Origin: a virus
Reading direction: 5' to 3' (one strand)
Virus record (IMG/VR): IMGVR_UViG_3300025897_000009
Length of the DNA stretch: 64,000 nucleotides
Shown: positions 9,549-19,743 of the stretch, piece by piece
Layout: every line of letters starts with the position of its first letter
Numbering within the stretch: the first letter of the stretch is position 1
Translations under genes and position numbers: made by a program
The notes under the pieces: generated by a model
Database searches by the model: none
Seen by the model: only the letters and a program-made list of their open reading frames with translations
Told to the model about the DNA's origin: nothing

Positions 9549-10940
9549 TTATAGTGGTTTAACCTTTGATACAAAGTCGGCATATTTTGCCATTGTAGGA
9601 TCAACGATTTTTGCTTCTCCAGTAGTTTCTACTGTATCAGTCCATTCGCTGTCTCCTTCAACACTCTCTGTCAAAGATTCTTCGTTTTTCTCTGTTGGAA
9701 AATATGCTTCTTTGATTTCAGAAACTTTGGTTACAAAGTCTTCTTTATCTTGGAAATCAACTTTTTCACTTAGAGAAAGTAATTTTTCTTTCTGTGCTTC
9801 AGATAAATCTGCACATGCTTCATTGACAACAGTCTCTCTTTGGAATCCGTCAATCTCTTCTTGAAGTTTCATATTTCTTTCAACTTCAGAGTTTAACTTT
9901 TCTTCCATTTCATCAAGTCTGTTTGCCAATTCGTCCATCACGTCGTACTTCTCTTCAGGTACATCAACATAATGTTCTACGAACAATGTTTTTAGTCCTT
10001 CGATGAAGTTCTCAGTCATTTCGGATTTAAGACCTCTCTCAATTGCGAGTTCGTTTTCTTTTACCCACTCTTCTGCAACATATGAGAGATACTTATCAAC
10101 TTGCTCTGAAAGTGCAGATTTGCTTTCTTCCACTGCAGTTTGATGTTCTTTTGAGTAGTTTTCTTCGAGATCTTTTTTAATTGCCTCAACTTTAACTGCT
10201 ACTGCAGATTCAAAGATAGTTTGTGCTTTTGCTTTGTTCTCTTCATCTAAGTTTAGAGAGTTAGCAAGTGCTTCGACGTCTTCGTTGACTTCAACTTCTT
10301 TGATAGCATCTTCAAGTTCTTTTTGAACTTCTTCGTCCATCTCGTCTTCGTCTTCTTCCTCTTCCTCATCGTCAGAGTCGTCTTTTTCTTCTTTCTTTGC
10401 TTCGTTTACAATTAAATCGAATTGTTCAGCAACTGACTCTTCGTCAGCATACTTCAAGTGTTCTGCGATTGCTCTTATGAGTTCTGCTTTAGTAGACTCT
10501 TCCATGTCGTCGTCGTCTTCGTCGTCGTCATCTTTTTTGTCTACCATCTTGTCATAAGATGCTTTAAGTTGTTCTTTGTCCATATCTTTGAACTTGTTGA
10601 CCATTGCTTTGATCATTTCAACTTTAGAATATGTTTCTTCAATAGAAGTTTCTTCTTCGGTTGCAACATCTTCTTTAACTTTCTCAGGAGACTTGTCGCC
10701 ACCGTCTTGATCACCTTTTCTTTTTGGTGATTTTTTGTTATCAGATGCTTTCTTAACTGATGCTACTGCTTTGTCAACAGGATTTTCGTCTGGAGTTACA
10801 ACTTCGCTCTTGCCTTTTCCGATCTCTTCTTCGTCAGATGATCCTTGCTTAGGATGAACTTTGTCACCCTTTTCAGCACCTTTCAACTGTGCGTCTTGTT
10901 CTTCTAGATCAAGTTCGTTGTTTTTAATGTTCTCAGCCAT
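9549..10940 (-). CDS. gp22: Prohead core scaffold protein
   Basis: Acidic coiled coil, KAQTIFESAV, YLSYVAEEWVKENELAIERGLKSEMTENF; between gp21 and gp23. Confidence 0.92.
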   Translation of the reverse strand: MAENIKNNELDLEEQDAQLKGAEKGDKVHPKQGSSDEEEIGKGKSEVVTPDENPVDKAVASVKKASDNKKSPKRKGDQDGGDKSPEKVKEDVATEEETSIEETYSKVEMIKAMVNKFKDMDKEQLKASYDKMVDKKDDDDEDDDDMEESTKAELIRAIAEHLKYADEESVAEQFDLIVNEAKKEEKDDSDDEEEEEDEDEMDEEVQKELEDAIKEVEVNEDVEALANSLNLDEENKAKAQTIFESAVAVKVEAIKKDLEENYSKEHQTAVEESKSALSEQVDKYLSYVAEEWVKENELAIERGLKSEMTENFIEGLKTLFVEHYVDVPEEKYDVMDELANRLDEMEEKLNSEVERNMKLQEEIDGFQRETVVNEACADLSEAQKEKLLSLSEKVDFQDKEDFVTKVSEIKEAYFPTEKNEESLTESVEGDSEWTDTVETTGEAKIVDPTMAKYADFVSKVKPL

Positions 10941-10987
10941 TTCGAATTTCTCCTATTATCTGAGTTATCGTTATACTCATACCAAAC

Positions 10988-10995
10988 TATTTATA
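10988..10995 (-). promoter_or_regulatory. Late promoter TATAAATA
   Basis: Exact motif upstream of gp22. Confidence 0.75.
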
Positions 10996-10997
10996 TG

Positions 10998-11648
10998 TTA
11001 CAGACTTCTAATAAAGTCGTTCCATACTCGTAATTTGGCTTCTTCCAACTCAGATGCTTTAGCAGTATCAACATATTGTTTATACTGTTCTAACTTCTGT
11101 GCCTTTAGAATACCATTTTCCCAGATCCATTCTACACCCTCCATGATACCATTAACAAAGGCATCAGGTGCGGAAGGATCCGCCACGATATCAGCAGCAG
11201 TTGCCAACTGAAAATCGCCTTTTACATATTGGGCACCACCTTTTTCTTCGAGAGAACCAAGTCCTCTAGATGATACACCAAGTTTTGCACCATCGTCAAT
11301 CAAGTTCTTTACAATAGAACCCATTGGGGTGCTTAAAATCTTTGCTTCTCCCACAAAGTTATTCCCATCTTCTTCTAACTTAGTTATGAGATGAGATGCT
11401 CGATCGAGGTTTATAGTTGGTCCTTGTGGGTGACCTAACTCACCAAATGCACGATCTTGCTTAATAAATTCTTTAGTGTATCTAGCAACTTCTTCTGCTA
11501 ACACTTTCTTAGGGTAAACTCTACCATTACGATTTTTGATTTCAGATTGCATGAATACTCCACGAATCTTGTAATCTTTCTTACCATTTTCGTTTTCTTC
11601 TATTATGCAACCCAATTCATTAGTTGTAAATTCTGATATTAGTTTCAT
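10998..11648 (-). CDS. gp21: Prohead protease
   Basis: NRNGRVYP, GELGHP, GVSSRGLGS, DIVADPSAPDAFV. Confidence 0.96.
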   Translation of the reverse strand: MKLISEFTTNELGCIIEENENGKKDYKIRGVFMQSEIKNRNGRVYPKKVLAEEVARYTKEFIKQDRAFGELGHPQGPTINLDRASHLITKLEEDGNNFVGEAKILSTPMGSIVKNLIDDGAKLGVSSRGLGSLEEKGGAQYVKGDFQLATAADIVADPSAPDAFVNGIMEGVEWIWENGILKAQKLEQYKQYVDTAKASELEEAKLRVWNDFIRSL

Positions 11649-11923
11649 CTTAATCCCTCCATAGGATCAAACCCTTCTGATTTCATTTGCTTAAAGATTT
11701 TAACTAAGTCTTTTACATTTGACTCAGCATCTCTAAGATCCTTATATGGTCCAGTTTCTTGACCATCTACATAAACAAATGTATCTTTACCCTTTTGTGT
11801 AAAGATTACATCATACACTTTTCCTACTATGCGTTCTTTTTTAGACTTGAGTTTCTTATGACCTCTTGGCAGTTTAAATACTGCCTCGTCTAACACATTT
11901 TGGAAAGTGCTAAATTTATGCAT
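11645..11923 (-). CDS. Small prohead core protein (gp68 position)
   Basis: Synteny between gp20 and gp21 only. Confidence 0.5.
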   Translation of the reverse strand: MHKFSTFQNVLDEAVFKLPRGHKKLKSKKERIVGKVYDVIFTQKGKDTFVYVDGQETGPYKDLRDAESNVKDLVKIFKQMKSEGFDPMEGLR

Positions 11924-12098
11924 CTTCTGCTGGTTCTGGTTGCTGATCAGTCCAACTTGTTGACATCTCTACTCTTTTCATGTCAACTGCTTCTTTTGCT
12001 TTCGCCATCAAAGCAGATTTCAAATGTTCACCTGCCTGATTTAATTCACCTGCATCAATAGCATCTATTGCTAGTTTTACTGTATTGTCTGCCATCAT
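11916..12098 (-). CDS. Small prohead core protein (gp67 position)
   Basis: Small helical acidic protein right after the portal gene; good SD. Confidence 0.55.
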   Translation of the reverse strand: MMADNTVKLAIDAIDAGELNQAGEHLKSALMAKAKEAVDMKRVEMSTSWTDQQPEPAEDA

Positions 12099-12107
12099 TA
12101 TCTCCTA

Positions 12108-13637
12108 TTATATTCCAAAGTTATCATCGTCACCCTCTTCTTCGGGTTCTTCTGCTTTCTCCTGATCAATCTGCTTATCGATATCTTTTATATCATCATC
12201 AGACTGTAGAAGAACTCTCTTACGAATAAATTCTCTAGAGTAATACTTACCGACATATTCGTCGATTTCTCTCAGAGTATTTAACCTTTCTCTGAGAACC
12301 TCAGTCTCCTTCATCTCAGTGAAGTGATTGTCGTCATTAAAGTTATAATTAATGAACTGCTTAATCTCTTCGAACTCTTCTTTTTTCATGATTCCTTTCA
12401 GAACCAGTTGAGTTTCTAAGATGTCGTTAAAGACTCGACCGAACTTCTTACGAATACGATCGATAAATTTAGAGAACTTTACTTCGTCTCTAGTAATCTC
12501 AGATGCTCTACCTAGTGAGAACCCTGTATCGGATTCTAATCTACTGATAGGAACATTCAGAGATTTGTACAGTTTTTTCTGGAAGTATTGGATATCTTCT
12601 ATCTCAGATAGATTCTGTCCTCCAGGAAGTGTGGTGATTTCTGTACCTCTACCACCTTCTCGTCTTGGTAACCAAAAGTCTTCAAGCATAGACATGTGTT
12701 TGCGATCATCTTTAATCTCTCCAGTATTTGCATTGTAGACCAGTTTATTTCTATACTTGGTCATTACATCAGCAAGATACTGCTCTGCTTTTGCCTTTGG
12801 TAAGTTACCAACATCGATGTAAAAGATTCTTCTTTCTGGTGCTCTAGTGATTCTATAAATCACCAAGGCATCTTCCATCATGCGCAATTGATTAGCAGGT
12901 TTTATTGCTTTATGCAGATAACCTACTACTGCGTTCTTGTTGTAATCAAGAAGTCCAGATGTCACAAAAGTAATTGCTTCAGGTGCAATCTTTAAGGTTT
13001 GCCCTGATGCTCCACCACTATTAGCGAATCCATTATCGTTAAAGACAAAGAACTCTTCCACTTTCTTTATCTTCTCCATGCCAGTACGAGCATCTTTTTC
13101 TTTTTCGACTTCTCGTACCTTTTTGATCTTCAAAGGATCGATGTTTCTTATTTCAACGATCCCTTGTTTGAGTCGATCTTTGTTAACCATTTTGTGGAAG
13201 TATATCCTTCCATCTACATACCACTTTCTAAAGAGGTCATGCCCATTCTGGTTAAAATGTAGCATTGACACTATGTTTTCGAATTCGTCACGCACTTTAT
13301 CTTTGATAGCATCAGAAAGATCAGTCTTATCCATATTGATGTCGATGATCTGTTCTTCAGTATCACCTGTAATGGATTCATTTACAATATCATCTATTGC
13401 TGAATCACATTCAGGGATGAGGGACATTTCACGATATCTTCGTATAAGGTCTGCCTCATTCTTAATGGCACCTTCCATATCGATGTACTGCCCTTGTGCA
13501 GCACCTGTGATAAATCCAGGTGTTTGCTGTATGACAGGTGTGCCATCATCTTCAACAGGTGGAACAAATGAAGGTGCTTTCTCTTTGTTCAGTATCTGTT
13601 TGTTTTTTCGCTGTATTTCGAATCCGAATAATTCCAT
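12108..13637 (-). CDS. gp20: Portal vertex protein
   Basis: LFGF N-terminus, WYVDGR, RAPERRIFYIDVGNLPK, EDFWLPRREGGRGTEITTLPGG. Confidence 0.97.
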   Translation of the reverse strand: MELFGFEIQRKNKQILNKEKAPSFVPPVEDDGTPVIQQTPGFITGAAQGQYIDMEGAIKNEADLIRRYREMSLIPECDSAIDDIVNESITGDTEEQIIDINMDKTDLSDAIKDKVRDEFENIVSMLHFNQNGHDLFRKWYVDGRIYFHKMVNKDRLKQGIVEIRNIDPLKIKKVREVEKEKDARTGMEKIKKVEEFFVFNDNGFANSGGASGQTLKIAPEAITFVTSGLLDYNKNAVVGYLHKAIKPANQLRMMEDALVIYRITRAPERRIFYIDVGNLPKAKAEQYLADVMTKYRNKLVYNANTGEIKDDRKHMSMLEDFWLPRREGGRGTEITTLPGGQNLSEIEDIQYFQKKLYKSLNVPISRLESDTGFSLGRASEITRDEVKFSKFIDRIRKKFGRVFNDILETQLVLKGIMKKEEFEEIKQFINYNFNDDNHFTEMKETEVLRERLNTLREIDEYVGKYYSREFIRKRVLLQSDDDIKDIDKQIDQEKAEEPEEEGDDDNFGI

Positions 13638-13643
13638 AATGTA

Positions 13644-13650
13644 TATTTAG
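13644..13650 (-). promoter_or_regulatory. Late promoter variant CTAAATA
   Basis: Intergenic, directly upstream of gp20. Confidence 0.55.
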
Positions 13651-13653
13651 TTC

Positions 13654-14151
13654 TTAAACTACATGCTCCCAGTGTGAGAACTGGAATTCAACAGTAAATG
13701 TTTCAAGAGCATCAACAGTTTCGTAAGATAAATCTATACCTGCGATGTTGCTTGGGAACATATTGAAGAATTCGTATCTTGCTAACACACTGTCATCTTT
13801 ATGTAGTTGTTCAACATATGCTCGTGAGAGCAAATAGTCAGTTGAGGTTGCACCCTCTCCACTGTCTAGTTGTTGGATGTCTGTTTGCCAGTCTTCTAAT
13901 TGATTTCTAGCACTGAACTCGACATCATTAATTATTGTTACAGTCCAAGGTTCGAATGTTCTATCTCCTGCGAGTTTTAACTGATGCCCTCTGAAATTCA
14001 CAGGCACAGTGCCTATGGTTGCAGCAGGTATTTGTGCTGCTTGGCATAGAAATTCGATTTTGGCTCCAGATCTAGGGATAAAAACTCTAAATCTGTTTGC
14101 TCTAGGACCACCACCTATTAGTTGTGCTTTAAATTGGTCTATTGTTGCCAT
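13654..14151 (-). CDS. gp19: Tail tube protein
   Basis: GGGPRANRF, FRGHQLKLAGDRTFEPWTVTIIND. Confidence 0.95.
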   Translation of the reverse strand: MATIDQFKAQLIGGGPRANRFRVFIPRSGAKIEFLCQAAQIPAATIGTVPVNFRGHQLKLAGDRTFEPWTVTIINDVEFSARNQLEDWQTDIQQLDSGEGATSTDYLLSRAYVEQLHKDDSVLARYEFFNMFPSNIAGIDLSYETVDALETFTVEFQFSHWEHVV

Positions 14152-14163
14152 TTCCTATACTCC

Positions 14164-16167
14164 TTACACAGCACCATAAATCTCTTCAAATTCGACGCCA
14201 CTTCTGGCAGCAACGAAATTGAGAGTTATGAAGTTAATTGATCTTGCAGGTTTGATGAATATCGAAGCAACGAATTCGTTGCCGTCTACAACTGCGTCTG
14301 TATTGTTTGTTTCATCACATACAACAGCGAAGTCATATATACCTCGTCTGCTTTGAACTTCTCTTAAGAAAGGTTCAACAGCACTTCTGAATGATGCTCT
14401 TGTAAAAGGATCATTGAACTCAAAGAGTTGTGCTTTAGCAGCAGTAGATATTGCTTTCTCTAATACGATGAACAATCTTCTTACATTAACCCTATCAAAA
14501 GCAGAAGGCACTGTTAACATAGTTTTGTCACCAAATAGTACTGTACCCTGTCCAGGGAAAGTAACTACAGGGTTGACTCTTGCTTTGTACAATGTGTCTC
14601 TGTTTGCTTTTTGAGGTGAGAATGCTAATTTTGTTACACCGAGATATTGTCCTCTGCTGAATCCAGCAGGTGAGAACCATGGATCTCTTAAAGTATCAGA
14701 TCTTGCTGCGAGTCCTGCTGTGTGACCACATGCTGGAACCCAAACATATCTATCGTTGTACTTGTCATATATGTACAACCAGTTTCCGTCCATCATTGCA
14801 TATGAAGATGAACTTGCTGTATCAGCAGTTGTCTTGATGTTAGATGTAGCAGTAGATTCTGTTACATTAACACAGTCACCTCTTCTTGGTGACATATATG
14901 CTATACAGTCTAATCTGTTTTCTGTGATTAAAATTGCTTGATTGGTTAGTGTTGTCCAATCTGCCAATAGGTCTTGCTCAGTTCCAGCACCATTGTCTGT
15001 ATGAGAAGATCCTACGATAAGGAAAGAGATATCTATTGTATCTCCATCTCTAAAGAATGATTGCCATGCTGCATATTTCTGCGCAGCAGTTGGTAATCTT
15101 CCGTCCGCACCACCACTTAGTGATGCATTTTGTGGTAAATCAGGTACACCAAATGCAGATGATACTGATGCAGCAAATGTTCTTTCTTCTGCTGCTCCAG
15201 ATACTATATCTGTATCATGACCTGTCCACCAAATGTAGTTAGAACCACTTTCAATTACATCTCTATAATAGTTAGATGCTCCGAAAGTGTCTTTTGCATC
15301 CGATGCTTTTGATACGAATGCAAACTTTTCTAATATTGTTCCTACTGTTCCTGAGATAACACCATCTTCGTCAACTACACATACATGTAATTGATCATTA
15401 GTAGTACCAGCAGCAGTTGCCTGTGCTGATGTACCAGGAGCACTGTCAAATTGACCAGCAAACTCCCATTCTCTTGAGATGTTAACAGCGACGGATGATC
15501 CGTCAACTGCAGAAACGAGTCCTGTTCCAGATGGTTGACCCAATGCTTCTATTGTTAAAGAAGTCGCAGCAACTGCTGTGACTTTATATTTCTGAGAGTC
15601 ATCACCAGCAAACCAGATTTTATCGCCAACTAAAAAGTTAGCATCTGCGTCTGTTATTGATGTGATTGATGTAGCACCAGCAGCATTGTTTGCTGCAGTT
15701 GTGTCTGCATTGTCTTCAGAATAAGCATTAGAACTAGCACAACTTGAAACTTTAATTGAGTTTCCTAAAACTCCAGCATGTCTTGAAGTCCAAGCACCAA
15801 CAGTTGCGTTTAAATCACCATCTTTATAAGACTCACTATATTGAGTTGAGTTCTTCAATAATGATGTTGTTGCACCAGCAGCATTCGCTGAGTACAACCC
15901 TGTTGTTGCTAATCGAACTACTTTAAGATCGTTTGCGTAGTTTAAGAAACCTGCTGCAGAGTAGTACTCTTCAGCACTTGCGTTTGTGTTGGCTGGTTGT
16001 CCGAATGTCTCTGCCAATAAAGATTCACTAGTAATAGTGATAACTTCATCCACAGGACCCCATCGGAAATTACCTGCATAAGCACCTGTCGTGCTTGATA
16101 CTGCAGGCACAACATTAGTCAAGTCAACTTCTTTGACCTGTATTCCAGGCGATACTTGAAATGCCAT
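14164..16167 (-). CDS. gp18: Tail sheath protein
   Basis: MAFQVSPGIQVKEVDLT start with SD, PWFSPAGFSRG, FDRVNVRRLF, IKPARSINFITLNF. Confidence 0.96.
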   Translation of the reverse strand: MAFQVSPGIQVKEVDLTNVVPAVSSTTGAYAGNFRWGPVDEVITITSESLLAETFGQPANTNASAEEYYSAAGFLNYANDLKVVRLATTGLYSANAAGATTSLLKNSTQYSESYKDGDLNATVGAWTSRHAGVLGNSIKVSSCASSNAYSEDNADTTAANNAAGATSITSITDADANFLVGDKIWFAGDDSQKYKVTAVAATSLTIEALGQPSGTGLVSAVDGSSVAVNISREWEFAGQFDSAPGTSAQATAAGTTNDQLHVCVVDEDGVISGTVGTILEKFAFVSKASDAKDTFGASNYYRDVIESGSNYIWWTGHDTDIVSGAAEERTFAASVSSAFGVPDLPQNASLSGGADGRLPTAAQKYAAWQSFFRDGDTIDISFLIVGSSHTDNGAGTEQDLLADWTTLTNQAILITENRLDCIAYMSPRRGDCVNVTESTATSNIKTTADTASSSSYAMMDGNWLYIYDKYNDRYVWVPACGHTAGLAARSDTLRDPWFSPAGFSRGQYLGVTKLAFSPQKANRDTLYKARVNPVVTFPGQGTVLFGDKTMLTVPSAFDRVNVRRLFIVLEKAISTAAKAQLFEFNDPFTRASFRSAVEPFLREVQSRRGIYDFAVVCDETNNTDAVVDGNEFVASIFIKPARSINFITLNFVAARSGVEFEEIYGAV

Positions 16168-16210
16168 GTTAATTCTCCTATATGCGACCGCAAAGTCAGA
16201 TTTCAAAGAG

Positions 16211-16218
16211 TATTTATA
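16211..16218 (-). promoter_or_regulatory. Late promoter TATAAATA
   Basis: Exact motif upstream of gp18. Confidence 0.75.
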
Positions 16219-16230
16219 AACTTTTTGATC

Positions 16231-17844
16231 TTACAACCAGTTTTTGTAAGGGTCTAATGAATCAGAATTGTCATCATGTACCCAGACATTGCCGTCTGCA
16301 TCTTTTTGTATTGTTGGTTCGACTGCTCTACTTTGGTCTCCAAAGACACCCACTGGTAAAACATCGTCCTCTATTTGTTTTTGTTGCTCAAGATATATCA
16401 TCTTTTTCAATTCTATATCAGTTAAATGTTCAAAAAATGGTGTGGTTGCAAACCATGCAAACATCACACAATTCATTACTAAGTCGTCATGATTCCCACC
16501 ATCTGCTTCCCAAGACTGTCCTTTAGAGACAAATGTGGTAAACTCTTGGATGGTATGAGCATCATGTAATATAAGTTTATTCTCTTCCAATAATTCCTTA
16601 ATGGTAGAACAACCTATGCGTTTGACCTTTTTAGTCATTGTAACACCAATGCCCTTTGCTTTGATTGTACTCTCTACAAAAACATTGCTATATTCTATAT
16701 CGTAGTACAGTTGATTACATACAACTGAACCCTCGTTGTTGTTCTCGATTATGACTAATGCTTCATTAAAAGCAGTAGCATATTTCGCTATAATGTCAGG
16801 AAACAACAAAGGACTCATTACATTGTCTCTATATGTTGCCACCTGCTCAAATGGTTGCTGATCAATATTAAATATTGTAAATGTAGAGTAATCTTGACCT
16901 CTACCCATTGACACGTCTACTGTCATCACATACTTACATCCTTCAACAGGTTGTCTATATATGCGGACACTATCCTTTTGCCATGTAACATCTTCTGCCA
17001 TCATACCCAAAAGGGTGTTAGCATTAATGAGTGTATTACCTGTTCCTAAGAACGAATTACCAAACTCTTGCTCAAATTGTAACTCAGAAGTATTCGCAAT
17101 GGTTGATTTTTTCCATTCATCATCTCTTCCAGGCACATCCCACCAATCGATTTGATAATGCTTATACTCAGATGTACCATTCATTGCACCCATATAAATT
17201 TTATGGTACATATTACCCACACCATTTGCTGTTGATGTGATAATCACCTTAGACTTAGAACCTGATGTAACAACAGGATAAGTAGAGGTGTAGAATGTTT
17301 CTGCGTTTTCTACAAAGGCAAACTCATCAAGATAGAGTAAATTAACAGAGAGACCACGAATGGAACTACCAGATGTTGCTGAAGCAATAATTTTGCTATT
17401 GTTTTCAAACTCTAAACTTCCTTTGTTCAACACTTTAGTTCCAGGTTGCAAAAAGAAAGGGATGTTCTCAAGCATGGTTGTTATCCTTGCCAACATCTCT
17501 CTAGCAGTAGCACCTTTGTTTGCTAAGACTGCGATCGTTTGCTCTGGATGAAACAATGCGTACCATAATAAGTACGCACAAACAGTGATTGACTTACCAC
17601 TTTGTCTACATGCTAATACAATACTAAATCGATTCTCATCAAAATGATTAATCAACCCATCTTGGTATCCTCTCAGATTGAAAGGAACTAATCCTTCATC
17701 AAGTGAAATGATTTGAATGTGGTTCTGGATAAAATGTGCTGGACTCTCTAGACATCGTTGGTACTCAAGTACCATCTCTTCAGTCCAGTCATTTTGTACA
17801 CCTGCTCGTTTTACACGAGGGTTTCCTAGATACCCCTCACTCAT
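16231..17844 (-). CDS. gp17: Terminase large subunit
   Basis: YLGNP, RQSGKS Walker A, LYLDEFAF Walker B, ITSTANG, HDDLVM. Confidence 0.97.
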   Translation of the reverse strand: MSEGYLGNPRVKRAGVQNDWTEEMVLEYQRCLESPAHFIQNHIQIISLDEGLVPFNLRGYQDGLINHFDENRFSIVLACRQSGKSITVCAYLLWYALFHPEQTIAVLANKGATAREMLARITTMLENIPFFLQPGTKVLNKGSLEFENNSKIIASATSGSSIRGLSVNLLYLDEFAFVENAETFYTSTYPVVTSGSKSKVIITSTANGVGNMYHKIYMGAMNGTSEYKHYQIDWWDVPGRDDEWKKSTIANTSELQFEQEFGNSFLGTGNTLINANTLLGMMAEDVTWQKDSVRIYRQPVEGCKYVMTVDVSMGRGQDYSTFTIFNIDQQPFEQVATYRDNVMSPLLFPDIIAKYATAFNEALVIIENNNEGSVVCNQLYYDIEYSNVFVESTIKAKGIGVTMTKKVKRIGCSTIKELLEENKLILHDAHTIQEFTTFVSKGQSWEADGGNHDDLVMNCVMFAWFATTPFFEHLTDIELKKMIYLEQQKQIEDDVLPVGVFGDQSRAVEPTIQKDADGNVWVHDDNSDSLDPYKNWL

Positions 17845-18060
17845 TTATCTCAACCAAGAAATACCTGATTCCCCCTGTATTACAGGATCATCTATTTGGA
17901 TTATACCATTTTCCCAGTTCTTCTTCACATCTTCAGCATAATGTATGCTTTTGCCTGGAAGATGTCTATCTTCTATCAATACACCATCCTCATAAAGATC
18001 TACTACATAGATCTCTTTCTCTCGGATGACTGCGTGTCTATTTTCAATTTTACTCATCAC
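17845..18060 (-). CDS. Hypothetical protein between the terminase subunits
   Basis: 71-aa ORF tightly packed in the operon. Confidence 0.55.
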   Translation of the reverse strand: MMSKIENRHAVIREKEIYVVDLYEDGVLIEDRHLPGKSIHYAEDVKKNWENGIIQIDDPVIQGESGISWLR

Positions 18061-18472
18061 GAATTTTATCCTTTAAAAATTTTTGTAGTTCTGCTGTAGA
18101 ACCTATAAACAAATTGTTGTTTGTCGTGCCCACAGATTCTTGTGGGGAATCAATCTTTTCCAACTCTCTTATTTGTTTTTGTAGAGTTAAAAGTTTTTCT
18201 GCTGTTTCTCCAACTGTTTTGATCAACTGTCCTGCGACTTCGTAAGTTCTAGGATGTTCAGTTTCTTTAGCAAGTTCTAAGATACCATCTACAGCATCTT
18301 GCCCTCGTTCAACTAAGTTGTATAACACCTCTCTACCATAAGTCGCATCTTTATCTGCTTCTTTGGTCCTTTTGGTGGGGTCGTTATAAACAGTGGGAAG
18401 TTTCTTCTGAGTTTCGTCTATTTCTGCGTTAATATCAAGAAGATTGTTTAGTTTATCGTCTATTTTGCTCAT
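18050..18472 (-). CDS. gp16: Terminase small subunit
   Basis: HPRTYEVAGQLIK, TNNNLFIGSTAELQKFL. Confidence 0.92.
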   Translation of the reverse strand: MSKIDDKLNNLLDINAEIDETQKKLPTVYNDPTKRTKEADKDATYGREVLYNLVERGQDAVDGILELAKETEHPRTYEVAGQLIKTVGETAEKLLTLQKQIRELEKIDSPQESVGTTNNNLFIGSTAELQKFLKDKIRDE

Positions 18473-18484
18473 ATTTTTTCATCA

Positions 18485-19525
18485 TCAATAACTTTCGTCA
18501 TCATAGGTGCTAGGACTAAATTCTTCATAGAAATTTACATCCTCTGCTACTACATAAGGATCATCTGGATCCACCCCACCGACCACTATAAGTTGCTGGT
18601 TGTCAGTGAGTGTCACACTTGCACTGAGTGTAAGTGTAAGACTATTTATTGCTTGTATAGTTGGGTTGGTTTCGTTGCCTGTACCAAACACTGTATAACT
18701 TGTAGCAACTGTATCGGGAACTGTGTCCAAAACTACTGTGGTTGAATTATTGACTGCACCATTCACAGTCACTGAAGTTCCAGGTTGATAATGTCTTACT
18801 TTCTTAACAAGTCCTGACGCATCTTGTGATGTGGTAGTAAATGCTGCAGTTCCATCACCAATATATATACCCTCTTCTACCTTTGTAATAACTTTACCTG
18901 TATTGACAGGTCCATAGAAATATGTCTTCATCAAAAATGATAAATCATAAGTTAAAATTCTACGAGATAAAAAATCACTCTCATAAGAATCTGATTGACT
19001 TACACTTTCTAGAATGATAGGAACATCTCTAACATCAGACATCAAAGGAACAGTCGACATAGCAACTGTATACTCTGGTTGGAAATATGGTAAGATTTGT
19101 TCTACGATCTGTAAAGCATCTTCTTGGTTTCTTGCCATAATAGACAAGTTGAAATTTAGATTGTATGGTGTAGGAATGTATTGATAACCACGTGAGGGAT
19201 TTGTACCAGCACTTTCAGTTGTAGATATATCCTTCACCAAACGAATGTTTCTGTTTTGTGATCTAGCAGAATCATAATTAAACCCTGTCAACTCAAATGC
19301 CATTCGAGGTAAAGTAATTGCTGTTCTGTTTAGATCGTTCAGATCAGGTTCAGCATTTATTCTTGCTAACCATTTTTGTTTGGGTCCATATTGAATAGGA
19401 ACTTTAATTTGCTGTAAAATTGTATTGTCTGCTTTTACTCTACGCACTGTGATATTATTGAAGAGTGTACCAAATACAGATACAGACTTCTTTACAGTTT
19501 CATGGTAAAAGTAAGTTCCGAACAT
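18485..19525 (-). CDS. gp15: Tail sheath stabilizer/terminator with C-terminal extension
   Basis: YFYHET..FGTLFNNI, VPIQYGPKQKW, LPRMAFE, QIVEQILPYFQP. Confidence 0.93.
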   Translation of the reverse strand: MFGTYFYHETVKKSVSVFGTLFNNITVRRVKADNTILQQIKVPIQYGPKQKWLARINAEPDLNDLNRTAITLPRMAFELTGFNYDSARSQNRNIRLVKDISTTESAGTNPSRGYQYIPTPYNLNFNLSIMARNQEDALQIVEQILPYFQPEYTVAMSTVPLMSDVRDVPIILESVSQSDSYESDFLSRRILTYDLSFLMKTYFYGPVNTGKVITKVEEGIYIGDGTAAFTTTSQDASGLVKKVRHYQPGTSVTVNGAVNNSTTVVLDTVPDTVATSYTVFGTGNETNPTIQAINSLTLTLSASVTLTDNQQLIVVGGVDPDDPYVVAEDVNFYEEFSPSTYDDESY

Positions 19526-19743
19526 TATGTATTCTCGTTGATATAATCCTGCATTTGTTGCACTGTTTGTAGTGACTCTGCTGTATCATCGTCAATGGTG
19601 AAGTCATATTCTTCTTCTATATCCATGATGATCTCTACGATAGATAATGAGTCTGCACCCAAATCTTCTACGATGTGTGATTCTGGTTTGATGTCTTTAA
19701 CATCTACATCAACACGATCTGCTATAATTCTTATTAAGTCCAT
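19525..19743 (-). CDS. acpP: Acyl carrier protein
   Basis: DLGADSLSIVEIIMDIEEEY with the phosphopantetheine Ser in the DSL motif; 72 aa, acidic. Confidence 0.92.
   Translation of the reverse strand: MDLIRIIADRVDVDVKDIKPESHIVEDLGADSLSIVEIIMDIEEEYDFTIDDDTAESLQTVQQMQDYINENT

Noticed and set aside
8011-17941. Many plus-strand ORFs opposite gp23, gp20, gp18 and gp17
   Set aside because: Antisense to conserved genes, with no motifs
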